Shown here in pieces: positions 30,769 through 32,000 of a DNA stretch of 32,000 nucleotides. The DNA is from Fibrobacter succinogenes subsp. succinogenes S85. GTDB lineage: Bacteria > Fibrobacterota > Fibrobacteria > Fibrobacterales > Fibrobacteraceae. The notes beneath the pieces were generated by a model. The model was not told the DNA's origin, ran no database searches, and saw only the letters and a program-made list of their open reading frames with translations. A program made the translations under genes and the position numbers. The stretch is taken from positions 2,970,001 through 3,002,000 of the forward strand of contig NC_017448.1 in the NCBI RefSeq assembly GCF_000146505.1. Direction: 5' to 3'. How positions within the stretch are numbered: the stretch's first letter is position 1; each line of letters begins with the position of its first letter.

Positions 30769-31824
30769 ATGAAGAAGATTTTCATTGCTGCTTTGGCTAC
30801 TGCCGTCGCCTTGACGATGACTGGCTGTAAGGGTACTAACGAAAAGCGCGGCGACGAACACCTTAAGGAAGGCCGTTTCCGCAATGCTATCAACTCTTAT
30901 CTTGAGGCGAAGAAGAAGGGCAAAATGTCCGATGAATTCTTTGACAACTTCACCCTCGCTCTCGTGCGTGCCGGTGATATGGAATCCAAGAAGGACTTGA
31001 GCAGCGATCTCATCAACAACTATTTTGAAAAGGCTGCTTCGAACATCGGTAAGGTTAAGGAAGACGCCACTGTTGAAGAATACGTCAAGACGCTCGGCGA
31101 TATAGGTAAGCGCCAGGCCGCCCAGGAAGGCGTTGACTACGCAACGATCATCAATGCTTTTGCAAAGATCGACTCTGCTGAATCTGTCGCAAAGACCCGC
31201 CACATTGCAGAATCTGCCATCAAGAGCATCCGTGAAGAAACTGAAAAGCTCTATGTCGCTCGCAACTTGCAGGAAGCTTTGGGCGAAGACGATCCGGTCG
31301 TGAAGGAATACTTGCTCCTCCGCATGGCTGAAATGGCTCCGACCAACCAGGAAATCCAGACTGCCTTGAACAAGAGCCGTAAGGTCACTCGCGGTTACTT
31401 CCTCATCTTCGGTGAAAACGTTCCGGACTTGAGCGGCAAGCAGCGCGTGGACAAGTGGGGCTACGTGATGGCTCTCCCGACGATCAAGCCGGCTAAGAAT
31501 GGTTTCTCTTGTGAACTCCAGTTCTGGGCTTCTACGGGTAACAACACTGAACTCGACCCGTCCCAGATCAAGCTCGTTTCTACCGATGGCAAGGAAGTCT
31601 ATGCCAAGGGCAACACGGGCTGGTGCGAAGCCGAAGTTCTCGTAGGCAAGAAGGGTGATGAAAAGATTGAAAAGAAGCAGAAGAAGTTCAAGGGCAAGGG
31701 CAAGTTGATGAACGAATTCCAGTGCTCTGTGAACGTAAGCTTCTCTTACCCGAAGGGCTTTGTTCCGGACTACATCGAATACAAGGATAACTTCGGCATT
31801 GGCCGTAAGTACCTCGGTCACTAA
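30769..31824 (+). CDS. Lipoprotein of unknown function (Lys/Glu-rich)
   Basis: MKKIFIAALATAVALTMTG|C is a signal peptide with a lipobox-like TMTGC. Codon bias is strong, and a strong terminator follows. Confidence 0.75.
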   Translation: MKKIFIAALATAVALTMTGCKGTNEKRGDEHLKEGRFRNAINSYLEAKKKGKMSDEFFDNFTLALVRAGDMESKKDLSSDLINNYFEKAASNIGKVKEDATVEEYVKTLGDIGKRQAAQEGVDYATIINAFAKIDSAESVAKTRHIAESAIKSIREETEKLYVARNLQEALGEDDPVVKEYLLLRMAEMAPTNQEIQTALNKSRKVTRGYFLIFGENVPDLSGKQRVDKWGYVMALPTIKPAKNGFSCELQFWASTGNNTELDPSQIKLVSTDGKEVYAKGNTGWCEAEVLVGKKGDEKIEKKQKKFKGKGKLMNEFQCSVNVSFSYPKGFVPDYIEYKDNFGIGRKYLGH

Positions 31825-31854
31825 TTCGTAACGGATTTTAAAGACTGTTTAAGG

Positions 31855-31886
31855 CTCGCCGCGGATGCGCGGCGGGTCTTTTTTTT
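31855..31886 (+). terminator. Rho-independent terminator of the lipoprotein gene
   Basis: ctcgccgcg-gatg-cgcggcggg (one G-U pair) followed by tctttttttt. Confidence 0.85.
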
Positions 31887-31936
31887 GAGCCGTAGAATAC
31901 GGCTTTATATAAACTAAAATGTGATTTTTCGCTGTT

Positions 31937-31976
31937 TTACGTGAAAAGCGGAATAAAATGAGTGATTTTCACGTAA
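31937..31976. promoter_or_regulatory. Perfect 11-bp inverted repeat TTACGTGAAAA-N18-TTTTCACGTAA in the intergenic DNA at the window end
   Basis: Read directly from the sequence: 31937-31947 and 31966-31976. Confidence 0.35.
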
Positions 31977-32000
31977 TTTTGAATATAAATTAAGCTAAAT

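Noticed and set aside
30751-31821. 356-aa minus-strand ORF fully overlapping the lipoprotein gene
   Set aside because: It is codon-aligned antisense to a gene with a signal peptide/lipobox, a Shine-Dalgarno-like context and a terminator. Its translation is low-complexity (V/L/A/R-rich) with no recognisable motif. It stays open only because the sense strand avoids TTA/CTA/TCA.

Overview
Bacterial chromosomal window. I saw no rRNA, CRISPR array, integrase or classical transposase. All family calls come from motif-level reading of the supplied translations; no searches were run. Layout: (1) 1-349, 3' end of a GGDEF-domain gene with a degenerate active site. (2) 400-4200, AT-rich accessory singletons: an AAA+/DUF4143 ATPase, a type IV pilin-like gene and an Rpn/PD-(D/E)XK nuclease-like gene. 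(3) about 4250-17930, a visibly AT-rich surface-glycan biosynthesis locus in three tightly packed operons. It holds GT32 and 2x GT2 transferases, a Wzx-like flippase, a pyruvyl transferase, a radical SAM enzyme, an LtaS/sulfatase-like protein, a HAD-like protein and polytopic membrane proteins. An AbiEi/AbiEii module sits inside one operon, and two reading-frame breaks coincide with A8/T8 homopolymers. (4) 18125-19147, an overlapping DUF3791/DUF3990/DUF3791-like three-gene cassette at the AT-rich/GC-richer boundary. (5) 19104-23618, a GC-richer amino-sugar operon: WecE-like aminotransferase, ATP-grasp ligase, Gfo/Idh/MocA oxidoreductase and an ArnC/GtrB-like polyprenyl-phosphate glycosyltransferase. 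(6) 23749-26393, a divergent pair: a DUF4062-HATPase_c_4-wHTH protein and a HigA-type HTH fused to an ImmA/IrrE metallopeptidase. (7) 26390-31824, core-like genes: secreted GH3 glycosidase, a second pilin paralogue, tRNA(CAU), a divergent glycogen-synthase-like GT and a lipoprotein. The best candidates for an undescribed system are the DUF3990 cassette, whose middle protein has PARP-like H-G-S and G-x-G-F-Y motifs, and the DUF4062/ImmA divergent pair. The pilin N-termini and gene content suggest a Fibrobacter-like (FCB group) organism, at low confidence.
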